Assembly (NCBI RefSeq): GCF_006345805.1
Contig: NW_021831832.1
Location: 408-64,407, forward strand
Source of the DNA: Octopus sinensis
Lineage: Eukaryota
Direction of reading: 5' to 3'
Length of the DNA: 64,000 nt
Of this stretch, positions 25,276-35,458 are shown in pieces. The notes beneath the pieces are model-generated. The model was not told where the DNA came from, did not search any database, and was given only the letters and a program-made list of their open reading frames with translations. Position 1 is the first letter of the stretch; every line of letters starts with the position of its first letter. A program made the translations under genes and the position numbers.

Positions 25276-25444
25276 CACTACACTCTTGAAGTGGTTGGCG
25301 TTAGGAAGGGCATCCAGCTGTAGAAACTCTGCCAGATCAAGACTGATGCCTGATGCAGCCATCTGGTTCGCTAGCCCTCAGTCAAACCATCCAACCCATG
25401 CTAGCATGGAAAGTGGGCGTTAAACGATGATGATGATGATGATG
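25276..25444 (+). mobile_element. RTE LINE 3' tail closing the satellite
   Basis: cactacactc...gtggttggcgttaggaagggcatccagc...ccatgctagcatggaaag...gttaaac(gat)n, the same terminus as the RTE at 47357-50780. Confidence 0.92.
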
Positions 25445-25497
25445 TTATTGAATATTGAAAATATATTGAAGATATTTCTAAACTTCTTCCATTCTAG

Positions 25498-25590
25498 TTT
25501 GAGAAAACTGTAAAGGACGCTCTAAAAGAACTGTTTGAGAAGTCGAAAAGCCCTGAACAGAAGGCGGTTGTTTCAAATCTCTTCACAAAT
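25498..25590 (+). CDS. Tetraspanin A, exon 4 (large-loop helices: FEKTVKDALKELFEKSKSPEQKAVVSNLFTN)
   Basis: ttccattctag acceptor and gtgagt donor; 93 nt, open, amphipathic helical sequence at the expected position. Confidence 0.85.
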
Positions 25591-26584
25591 GTGAGTAGAA
25601 GTTAAGCTTTCTGTTGTAAGATAGAATTATTGCTGGTTTGATAACTTTCTTACCTGAAAAAAAAAAAAAAAAAAAAAAATTCTAAACATTGCAAATATGA
25701 AACTTGTTAATAATTTACCAGTTCAGATTTATGTCAAGTAAACATATTTTAATTGAATGTACTTTGGTCTCTGAGTAAATGTATTTTGGCCTTGTGATTA
25801 GTTTAATATTTACAGGTTACAGATTTCAAGGCAGTAAGTTAGTAAATTTGTTACCGCTCTGGGCAAAATGTTTAGTAGCATTTTGTTCATCTTTTCTGGT
25901 TTAAATTTGGCTGAGGTCGACCTTACCTTTTATCCTTTTCGGGGTTAATAAAATAAGTACTGTTGAGAACTAGGGGTCAATGCAATCCACTTTTTCTCTC
26001 CTTCGAAATTGCTGGCCTTGTGCCAAAATTTGAAAGCAATATTTACTGATTTCTTTTGGTTTAACCCTTTCATTACCAACCCGGCTGAAACCGGTCTGGC
26101 TCTGAATACAAATGTCTTGTTTTTATAAGTTTTGAATTAAAATCTTCCACCAAACCTTAGTCACAATTTATATTCCTAACACTAACTTAATGATAACTAA
26201 GTTATTTTACTAAATTATTTGTTATATTTAAAATTAATTGAAAGAAACACAGGGCATCTCAAAATAAATACAGTAATGAAAGGGTTAATGCTAATTAGGA
26301 ACCTTAATGAACATACTGCCTTAATGATGTTATGAATTTAACTCAAATTAATGAGAATGTTTTTCAATATGTGGTTCATTAGGGCAGTGAGCGTGCAGAA
26401 AGGTTATCACACCTGGCAGTATTTCGTCTGTCTCTATGTTCTGAGCTCAAATTCCACCTAGGTTGACTTTGTCTTTCATCCTTTCGGGGTCAATAAATAA
26501 AGTACCAGTTGTGTACTGGGGTCAATCTAATCAACTGACTCTGCTCCCTCAAAATTTCGGGCCTTGTGGTTCATTTGTACATTA

Positions 26585-27439
26585 TAGTGTGCGGTGAATA
26601 AACTGTCATCTAAATTACACAAAAATGAAAATAACACTGACATCTCATTTTAAGATATATTTACCAAAATTACATAAAAATATCTTAAAATACTAAAGAG
26701 TAAATTTATTCAATAAAATCGCCATTGGCTTCAACCATGGCCTCCAGATGACTTTGGAATCTCCTGCAACTCTTCTGGATGGCCTCCTTGTTTATGTTGG
26801 TCAGTGCTGCCATAATCCTTGCCATCAGTTCCTCTTTGGTGTTACAAGGAGTTTTGTTGGTCTCTCACTCAACTGTGTCCCACACATAATAATGCAGGGG
26901 GTTGCAGTATGGGGAGTTAGGTGGCCAGATGTTAGGGGTTATGTGGTCGCAGAAATTGACAGCCATGAGTTGGTTCTCTTACTTGTAAGGCATGGTGCAG
27001 AGTCCTGTTGCCAGACATAAGGTCTTCCAGCGGCCACCCTCTTGACCCAGGGCAGCACTGCCTCCTCCAGACACCTGATGTTGGCCTCCGTGTTGAGTGT
27101 GAGGCTGTGTGGGAAGATGAATGGATGCATAACGTTGCCATCACTAGTGATCACTCCAAACACCATGATGTTGACTGGACGTTTGATTTTTATCACTCTC
27201 GGTATATGTCCTTGGATCAACACCCAATCACTTGGAAATGTTTGTATTGGAGCTTCCAGCACAAATGCCAAGTCATTTCCAAATTTCTAGCTGAGTGAAT
27301 TACATCATGGTGATGTCTTTTTTACAGACAGTGCCCAACTGACCCAACTATACTGTGTAGCTGACAAAATGTAAAACAAACAATGCATATACTTAAAATT
27401 AAAAGCATAAAATGGCAACAATTTACTCACAGCACCCTG
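26585..27439 (-). mobile_element. Internally deleted Tc1/mariner transposon (maT/DD37D-like), left-arm copy
   Basis: TA flanks and imperfect ~26-bp TIRs (cagggtgctgtgagtaaattgt). Transposase remnants VMVFGVITSDG, WQQDSAP and WPPNSPYCNPLHYYVW; the last catalytic Asp is mutated. Confidence 0.85.
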
Positions 27440-28202
27440 TATATTAAAACTTAAATGTCTATAAAAATACATCAATAGGTTAATAGTTGTCCAGAGTTAG
27501 ATGTTGACGACTGCTTTGAAAGCACTTCTGTTAGCACAATCCATCACATTCTGTTATTAATGGCTGATGGAGTTTACAGTTCACAACAGGTTTCTCATTT
27601 ACATTCATCAATGTGTTATGTTTCTTGATTCACTTTAAAATGGATTAATATTTTAAAAAGTCAACAGTTTAAACCATCATCTAAATCTTTAGATTTTTAT
27701 TTTCCTAAAATTTTCGTTGCGTCTTGCAACCTTTTCAATAGTTTTGACTCTTTGGAAATTTTACCGGTGAGTGTGTTACATAATAAGGCACAAAAAGAAA
27801 ATGACTCTCCCCAGACACAATAGAATATGCTTCAACACACGAACTCATATAAAGAACCTTGCAAACCAAATCCCCAAACGAAATAAATCTTTAGACCTAT
27901 TAGAATAATGTAATAATTTGATTGACAAATATGTGTGTGTGTGTGTGTGTGTTGTGTGGAGAGATAGAGAGATAAAGATACATGAATGTATACATACATC
28001 TCCAGGACTTTTTTAATGGTGGTGCCCCAGCATGGCCACAGCTTGTGAGCTGAAACTAGATAAATAAAAAAAAAAAAATACATATAGATAGATGCAGAGA
28101 TAGGTCAATGAGACGACATAGCTGAATAGAGGAAAATCTATAAAAATATAGGCGTTTATAATCAATGTATGATTGAGTCTTTGATTTTTTTTCTTTTTCC
28201 AG

Positions 28203-28268
28203 AACAGTTGTTGTGGTATTGACAAGCCAGAAGACGTAGCTAAATACAATTTCAGGTGTGACAATATG
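28203..28268 (+). CDS. Tetraspanin A, exon 5 (NSCCGIDKPEDVAKYNFRCDNM, CCG motif)
   Basis: ttctttttccag acceptor and gtaaga donor; 66 nt; diagnostic CCG motif. Confidence 0.9.
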
Positions 28269-28872
28269 GTAAGACTTGTTTTTGGAAAATTTACAGAAAA
28301 TTTAAGTTTACACCATTATGAAGAAGTGAAAATAATTTTTATATTATTTTAAGAAACCCCATGTGTGAGGAGGATGTTATTTAACCCTTTAATACTCAGA
28401 GTACTCCATCAAATTTAATGCTTTTTGATTCCCACTGTTTTGAAGTAATCATGCATTATCTTGTAGCTTTAAGATTTTGATGATGTGGTTGCTCATTTTT
28501 AGAATGACATTGTAGGGTAGGTGTTAGAGGCTGAATATGGCCAGTCTGAACATAAAAGCATGTAGAATATTTGGGCCGGAAATGGCCGGTTTAAATACTA
28601 AAGGGTTAAGGGAAGCCAGTTAACTGAATCTCAGTACAAAATGATAAATTTATCAGATTTTAAAGTTAAATCATCCATGTTACAGGTATTTTTTCTTCTT
28701 GACTGTAATACTTTGAACTCTATACATAAGGATTGTTGTTGATATATTCCTGTTTCAGTTAATTTTTGTAAGTTTTTTGCCTGTGTCACATAAAAAGTAC
28801 CACTCCTCTCGACTGTGCTTGTGCCACGTAAAAAGCACTACTGACCTTTCCTGTGCTATATAAAAAGCATCC

Positions 28873-29500
28873 TCATCATTGTTCGACTGTGGTCGAGACA
28901 ATGGTATTTACTATATTACGCCAGACCTCACGGTCTTAAAGAAACCCACATCCACACCGTGAAGGTCTCTCAGGCATTTAGGAAGGATATTGAAGAGCTG
29001 TGGTCCTCTGAAACCCAAGCTGTTGCAGTGTCTGGTCCTATATTTTGATGGTGATGTTGGGATCTTTGGCACCATGTCACATATGTGACAACTGACAAGC
29101 CTGAAAGTATGTTTGTGAGTTCCAGAAGTGAAACTCTTGGAAAAAAACCAATGAGGTGGCAAGGTCCAAGATATATACAACAATACACAGTTACTGTTCC
29201 ATTACCAGTTAATCATCATTGTTCTGCCGTGGTCGAGACAATGGAATTTACCATGCTACGCCAGACTTCACGGTCCATCATGGCATTACGGAGGTCCTGT
29301 TGCTGGATGCCTGTATCCCTGGAGATTACATCAGGGTAGGAGAGTGTGCGCCCCCTGGTATCACGAGCAGATGGCTTCCAGAGGAGAAGAGTAGGAATTA
29401 CCTTGTTTTCAGCCCTACAACAATGTCCAGCAAACTGGACTCTTCTACCTTTCACAAGAGATGATACAGGTGGTAACTTCCCATATATTTGTACTTTGGT
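28873..29500 (-). mobile_element. Fragments of a second RTE family plus a CR1-like piece (mirror at about 60300-60930)
   Basis: ORF 29216-29635 (RRVQFAGHC...AMMDREVW). The 3' end is duplicated at 28873-28935 around GPQLFNILPKCLRDL. Confidence 0.7.
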
Positions 29501-29790
29501 TGGATGACGCTTCCATGAGTGGTTGGTGTTAGGAGGGGCATTCAGCTGTAAAAATCCTGCCAAAACAGTCACAGAAGTCTGGTGCTGGCTTCTGCCTGGC
29601 TGGCTCTTGTGAAAGTGCCCCACCCATGCTAACATGGAAGGTGGACGTTAAACAGTACGGAGTCGGTAATGCTTACATTTAAGTTGCCAACTACTGGCTT
29701 GCTGCATTTCTAATGGCAAGTGACAGAATAAATGCAGTGTATTTCTGTTTAAATGCACCGATTTTTTTTTTGATTTTTGTATTTTTTAAT

Positions 29791-30480
29791 ACTGCCAGTG
29801 CCGCCTTGACTGGCTTCCTTCTGTGCTGGTGGCATGTAAAAAGCACCATCCGTACGTGGTCGATGCCAGTGCCGCCTTCACTGGTTTCCGTGTTGGTCGC
29901 ACGTAAAAGCCAACAACCGATCGTGGGCATTGCCAGCCTCCCCTGGCACCTGTGCTGGTGGCATGTAAAAAGCACCAACCAGTCGTGGCCATTGCCAGCC
30001 TACCCTGGCTTCTGTACTGGTGTCACGTAAAAACTACCAACCGATCGTGGCCATTGCCAGCCTACCCTGGCTTCTGTACTGGTGTCACGTAAAAACTACC
30101 AACCGATCGTGCCCATTGCCAGCCTCCCCTGGCACCTATGCCGGTGGCACGTAAAAAGCACCAACCGATCGTGGGCATTGCCAGCCTCCCATGGCACGTA
30201 AAAAGCTCCATCCGATCTTGGCCATTGCCAGCCTTCCCTGGCACCTGTGCTGGTGGCATGTAAAAACCACCAACTGATCGTGGCTGTTGCCAGCCTCCCC
30301 TGGCACGTAAAAAGCAATCACTACATTCATGGCGTGGTTGGCGTTAGGAAGGGCATCCAGCTGTAGAAACACTGCCAGATCAGACTGGAGCCTGGTGCAG
30401 CCTTCTGGCTTCCCAGACCCCGGTTGAACCATCCAACCCATGCTAGCACGGAAAACGGACGTTAAACGATGATGATGATG
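29791..30480 (+). mobile_element. RTE tail with 62-bp VNTR (left arm: 5 full + 2 short units)
   Basis: Units read directly; ends in the (gat)n tail. Confidence 0.88.
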
Positions 30481-30911
30481 ACTGGTGAAACACACACACG
30501 TGACTGATGTCTGCACTGTTTTCCCCTTCCTATTGAAACCCCCGAATCAAATTGCAGGTGAAGCTTCAGGCTGTTCAAAAAACACTTGCCCCAGGTTCTG
30601 TGCCATGAGATTGAACCTAGAAACACATTGTTGGGAAACAGTAAGCTTGTTAATCATTCAAACCATTTCTGTGAGCTGGCAGAATTGTTAAAATGCTGGG
30701 CAAATGCTAAATGGCGTTTCGTCTGTCTTTATGTTCTGAGTTCAAATTCTGCTGAGGTTGATTTTTTTTTTATCTTGCATCTTTTTGATGTTAATAAAAT
30801 AAACAACAGTTGCGCACTTGACTTGGTAAAATCATTTTACCCCTTCCTTGAAATTTAACCTAACACTCATCAGAGCATTAGATTAAATGCATTGTAAAAT
30901 TTAATTATAAC

Positions 30912-31340
30912 AAGGCAGCGAGCTGGCAGAATCGTTAGCATGCCGAGCGAAATGCCAAGCGGTATTTCTTCTGTCACTACGTTCTGAGTTCAAATTCTAC
31001 CGAGGTCGACTTTGCCTTTCATCCTTTCGGGATCGATTAAACAAGTACCAGTTATGCACTGGGGTCGATGTAATCGACTTAATCCGTTTGTCTGTCCTTG
31101 TTTGTCCTCTCTGTGTTTAGCCCCTTGTGGGTAGTAAAGAAATAAGAAATGTTAGCATACCGGGTGAAATACTTTGTCTGCGGTTATGTTCTGAGTTCAA
31201 ATTCCGCCAAGGTCGAATTTGCCTTTCATCCTTTCAGGGTCGATGAAATACGTACCAGTTACGCACTGGAGGTCGATGTAATCAAATGGCTCCCTCCCCC
31301 CAAAGTTTCATGCTGTGTGCCTATAGTAGAAAGGAATATT
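30912..31340 (+). mobile_element. Tandem SINE copies (full copy + truncated copy); mirrored at about 58135-58570
   Basis: The block gttctgagttcaaattc...gaggtcgactttgcctttcatcctttc...ctggggtcgatgtaatc occurs twice. Confidence 0.8.
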
Positions 31341-31580
31341 CAACTATATCTCTTTTAACTGTTGAATTCCAATTTTGGTTCCAAAATCTGAAACCAATAT
31401 TAGAACAAAGAGAGAACATTTTTGAATTTCTATCATAAGTTGATTATTAAATGTTGTTTTAGCTGTGTAAATAGATTAGTAAATATTCCAAGAAAAGCAG
31501 CTGAGAATATCATTACAAGCAGATTGATGTTGTTGCTTCTGTCTCTAATAATAATAATAATAATAAATTTATATCTTCAG

Positions 31581-31673
31581 GATTGGCCAGGCTGTTATAC
31601 AAAAGTTAAAGAAACTATCGAAATAAATCTCCCTACAGCCATTGGTATTGCCATCGTTATTATTGTGGTGCAG
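31581..31673 (+). CDS. Tetraspanin A, exon 6 (DWPGCYTKVKETIEINLPTAIGIAIVIIVVQ)
   Basis: tcttcag acceptor and gtatgt donor; 93 nt; GC motif of the large loop followed by the start of TM4. Confidence 0.93.
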
Positions 31674-31836
31674 GTATGTTCTCACTTTTGAATTTCTTAA
31701 CCCTTTTGTTACCAAGCTCTTTTTCTTACAGACGGTGCCCAACTAACCCTACTATGCTGTGTAGTTGACAAAAATCAAAAACAATGTGTGAATTGAAAAT
31801 ATAAAATGGTGACAATTTACCCATCACACCCTACTT

Positions 31837-32045
31837 ACTCTTTTACTTGTTTCAGTCATTTGACTGCGGCCATGCTGGAGCACCACCTTTAGTCGAGCAA
31901 ATCAACCCCGGGACTTATTCTTTGTAAGCCCAGTACTTATTCTAGCGGTGTCTTTTTGCCGAACCGCTAAGTGACGGGTATGTAAACACACCAGCATCGG
32001 TTGTCAAGCGATGGTGGGGGGACAAACACAGACACACAAACATAT

Positions 32046-32108
<63 letters not shown>

Positions 32109-32311
32109 ATCCCTCTCTCTTTCGGAGAGGCACAAGCACCTACACGCACATATACACACACGGCAGTAACTTCCGCCTGCCGAATTCAATCACAAAGCTT
32201 CGGTCGGCTCGGGGCTATAGCAGAAGACACCTACCCAAAGTGCCACGCAGTGGGACTGAACCCGAAACCATGTAGCTAGGAAGCAAGCTCCCTAACCACA
32301 CAGCCATGCCC

Positions 32312-32346
<35 letters not shown>

Positions 32347-32511
32347 CGACAGTCTTCTTTCAGTTTCCGTCTACCAAATCCACTCACAAGGTATTGGTTG
32401 GCCCAAGGCTATAGCAGAAGACATTTGCCCAAGATGCCATGCAGTGGGACTGAACCCGGAACCGTGTGGTTGGTAAGCAAGCTACTTACTACACAGCCAC
32501 GCCTGCGCCTT
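31837..32511 (-). mobile_element. Composite tRNA-SINE insertion (675 bp), left arm only
   Basis: The empty site ccctactt|gtatata is seen in the right arm at about 57636-57650. Two tRNA-like heads (ending near 32310 and 32510) plus (TA)n tracts. Confidence 0.82.
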
Positions 32512-32519
32512 GTATATAA

Positions 32520-32968
32520 ATAATTATTTTAGAGTTGGGTGTTTGAGGGAGAGAGAGATGGAAATTTTTAGGAGGACCGAGAGAGCAATGGTGAGAGAAA
32601 TGTGTGGTGTGAAGCTGTTTGATGAGAGGAGGACTGAGGATTTGATGGGGGATGCTGGGGTTGGAGGAATGAGTGGAATGGCTGGCAAGGGCGAATGGAG
32701 TGCAGTGGTATGGGGGCATATGTTGAGGGGGGGGGATGAGGAGGGTGCTTGAATTGGAGGTAACTGGACAGCGAAAGCGAGGTAAACTGATGAAAACGTG
32801 GAGGGGACAGGTGGAGGAGGAGATAAGGGAGGGTTGGCTTGAAAAGGGAGGACACCCAAAACAGGGTGAGATGGTGTGAGGGTGGTTGCTATGGCATTGA
32901 AGTAGATCCGACCACCCCCATTAACAGAGACAAAACCCAGATTTAAAACACTGGATGATGATGATGAT
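32520..32968 (+). mobile_element. Third RTE-family C-terminal fragment (mirror at about 57185-57633; related piece at 75-240)
   Basis: RRTERAMVREMCGVKL...GQRKRGK..KTW..QVEEE, followed by (gat)n. Confidence 0.72.
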
Positions 32969-33059
32969 ATACCTGCGAGAGACCAATGCAAGGTGTGTTG
33001 AAGCAATTGTTAATAAAGGATCTTGAGAATTCTATTTTCTTTTTCTCTCATTTGTTACA

Positions 33060-33097
33060 TACACACACACACACACACCACACACACACACACACAC

Positions 33098-33128
<31 letters not shown>
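33060..33128. repeat. (CA)n microsatellite; other (TA)n/(CA)n tracts near 27932, 32057, 34707 and 43820
   Basis: Read directly. Confidence 0.9.
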
Positions 33129-33130
<2 letters not shown>

Positions 33131-33942
33131 GTAAGCATTGCTGTAAAGTATTCAAGAAGACCCTTCCACCACAGCAGAATTGTTAAGGCTGCTCCCCCAG
33201 GTGAAAAGGATTGATCTTTAAGAGTCCTGTGTCGGTGCCAAGTGAAAACACTTGCGTGGCGCCATGTGCCGTACAGGCGCAGGAGTGGCTGTGTGGTAAG
33301 TAGCTTGCTTACCAACCACATGGCTTTGGGTTCAGTTCCACTGCATGGCACCTTGGGCAAGTGTCTTCTACTATACTCATGATATGGTTTGGTAGCTTGT
33401 TCGGACTTTACTGATGTTTGGGCTGGGCACCACTTTAGTACAAGCTCTGAAAATGTTATCTCCTAGCATCTTTGGATGCTGTAAGCTCTGTGGATTTACT
33501 TTGATGCCTCTAGGAGAGTCTTGTAGTTTGCTTGAAGCATTGTGTATTGTTTGTAAAAAATGATGTGTCTTGAATGGCACAACAATGCACTAGAATAACC
33601 GTTGTAATTTAACCATCCATAGTCTGATGTAATATTTCGGAATATAAAAATCCCTTTTTCAGATGTCCATAGGGATTGATCAAGTCACGGCTATAATTGA
33701 TTTTTGAACAGTTTTCTGTTCCCCCCCCTCCCCCCGGAGTGTTTCTGCACTTGTCTCACGAAGCTCCTTCCGGAATTCCTCGTGAGAAGTGCATGAGGGC
33801 AGCCATGTCTCAAGCTTGTGTGTGCTGGCACATCCGCACCGCTGCTTCTAAGTTATGTAACATACGTGCAGTTTCCTCACCCCCCCCCCATTTTTTAAAA
33901 ATAAATAATACACGAGCATGTGTTGATGCCTATGTATTGATA

Positions 33943-34311
33943 TCTCTCTATATATAAACGGCAAAATGTCTGTGTGTGTGTGTGTCCTTTATACAAAACC
34001 ACAATTTTTCAGTTAGAGGGCTCGCACTTTCAATGGTCATTCAAAACCGTCCAAGGGTGGTCGTGCACATCTTTACATTTCCCCAGTCACCCTACAAAGC
34101 CATTAAAAAATTCAACAGAAGTGACTTTTTTGTGAATTTTCTATCCAAAACCCAATCAAAATGCCCGAAACTTGATACGCCAATTGAATGCCAGCTAGCT
34201 GTATGTGATTGGTCGGAGATTTGGACAGTACTCGCGTGTATGTGCGCACGCACGCAGCTGTATATGCATGCACTAGAACTATGACCCGGCGTTGCCGGGT
34301 CATAGTGCTAG
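33943..34311 (+). mobile_element. Non-autonomous Helitron-type element (mirror at 55842-56210, - strand)
   Basis: A|TCtctctatatataaac start; gacccggc-gtt-gccgggtc hairpin, then CTAG|T. Confidence 0.82.
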
Positions 34312-34459
34312 TCATCTCTTATTAACCTTGATAACTATATATATTCAACTCTGTGAATTTAATCCTGAGACTTGTGTATATTCACCTGTTATTTTTACGT
34401 TGATGCTTGTCTAACGAGATGCCTGTATGTTCACCTGTTTATTTCCATTTCTATTTCAG

Positions 34460-34522
34460 TTGTTTCTCATCGTCTTCGCCTGCTGCCTTTGTAATTCCAA
34501 AAGAGGGGAAACGCCTTCATAG
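34460..34522 (+). CDS. Tetraspanin A, last exon (LFLIVFACCLCNSKRGETPS*)
   Basis: ctatttcag acceptor; end of TM4, juxtamembrane Cys cluster, TAG at 34520-34522. The seven exons total 684 nt = 227 aa + stop. Confidence 0.92.
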   Translation: MFLIVFACCLCNSKRGETPS

Positions 34523-34701
34523 ATAGCTTCTCAAAATGACTGAACACTTGAAAGTTAATTATTTTTCTTTCATATAAACACTTGTATTCTAATTACTCAC
34601 ATTTTTTGTTTCATCATATTTGATGCATATTTTTGTCGAACCTATAAATTTCTTAATATCTGTCTCTGTACTTCAAAAAGACTAATTTCACTTGATTAAA
34701 A

Positions 34702-34732
<31 letters not shown>

Positions 34733-34825
34733 TATAAACATAATTAGGACCATGTGCAGTTTGAGTTTAATTAACGTCATCAGTCTTTCAATGTTACACA
34801 TTATTCTTTTCACTCTTGATACTTT

Positions 34826-34831
34826 AATAAA
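34826..34831 (+). promoter_or_regulatory. Candidate polyadenylation signal AATAAA of tetraspanin A (mirror TTTATT at 55326-55331)
   Basis: AATAAA about 300 nt after the stop codon. The region is AT-rich, so chance occurrence is possible. Confidence 0.35.
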
Positions 34832-35458
34832 CTTGCTCAAGCTATCGTTGCTATATTTATCTCTCTTTCATTGCTTACCTAAGCACAGTTTGTTGTAAAC
34901 CCAAGGATTTTGGTGTTTCGTCTTCATCACATTCCTGCTTTGGGTCTTTTGCTAAAATTCATTTTAAAGGCTGCTGGGAATACAACTTATCGTAAAAGGC
35001 CCATTTGACCCACAAAAAAAAAAGAGAGCTTAAGAATCTGGTTTACATTAATATTTTACTTTTTACTCTTGCTATTAAAATTTTTGACTTGGCTATTTTT
35101 CTTTTTTCCAATTTTGAAAATATGCCCTGATCACATGACTATTAGATTTCTGATATTCAAAGTAGAGACATCTAAAATAATAACTAAAATATCCTTCTGC
35201 TTCTTTGAATTTTTTTTATGGTATAAAAGTTTTACCAGGTTTAGACAGAGATAATTTTTTTTTTTCTCACCTATGTTATTTAGAATTTACATTCTAGAAA
35301 CTCTGCCAAATCAAGATTGGAGCCTGGTGCAGCCATCTGGTTCGCCAGACCTCAGTCAAATTGTCCAACCCATGCTAGCATGGATAGCGAACGTTAAACG
35401 ATGATGATGATTCCACAGAATCTGTGGTGTTAGTAGAATACCTGATGGCCATTGAAAT

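Noticed and set aside
4502-25423. Dozens of 60-190 aa ORFs in the array (e.g. MPLAMTTLEWCF..., PVTHKNTIQVW...)
   Set aside because: They are by-products of 162-, 105- and 96-bp periods that are multiples of 3. They occur on both strands, are broken by stops and 1-bp indels, and lie inside an intron.
31422-31691. ORF-track entries 31422-31691, 57788-58105 and 1145-1417 as stand-alone genes
   Set aside because: Each is a tetraspanin exon read through into intron sequence; the splice sites define the true coding part.
34460-34522. Naming the gene CD63
   Set aside because: It has no C-terminal YxxPhi motif and only four large-loop cysteines; orthology cannot be set without a phylogeny.
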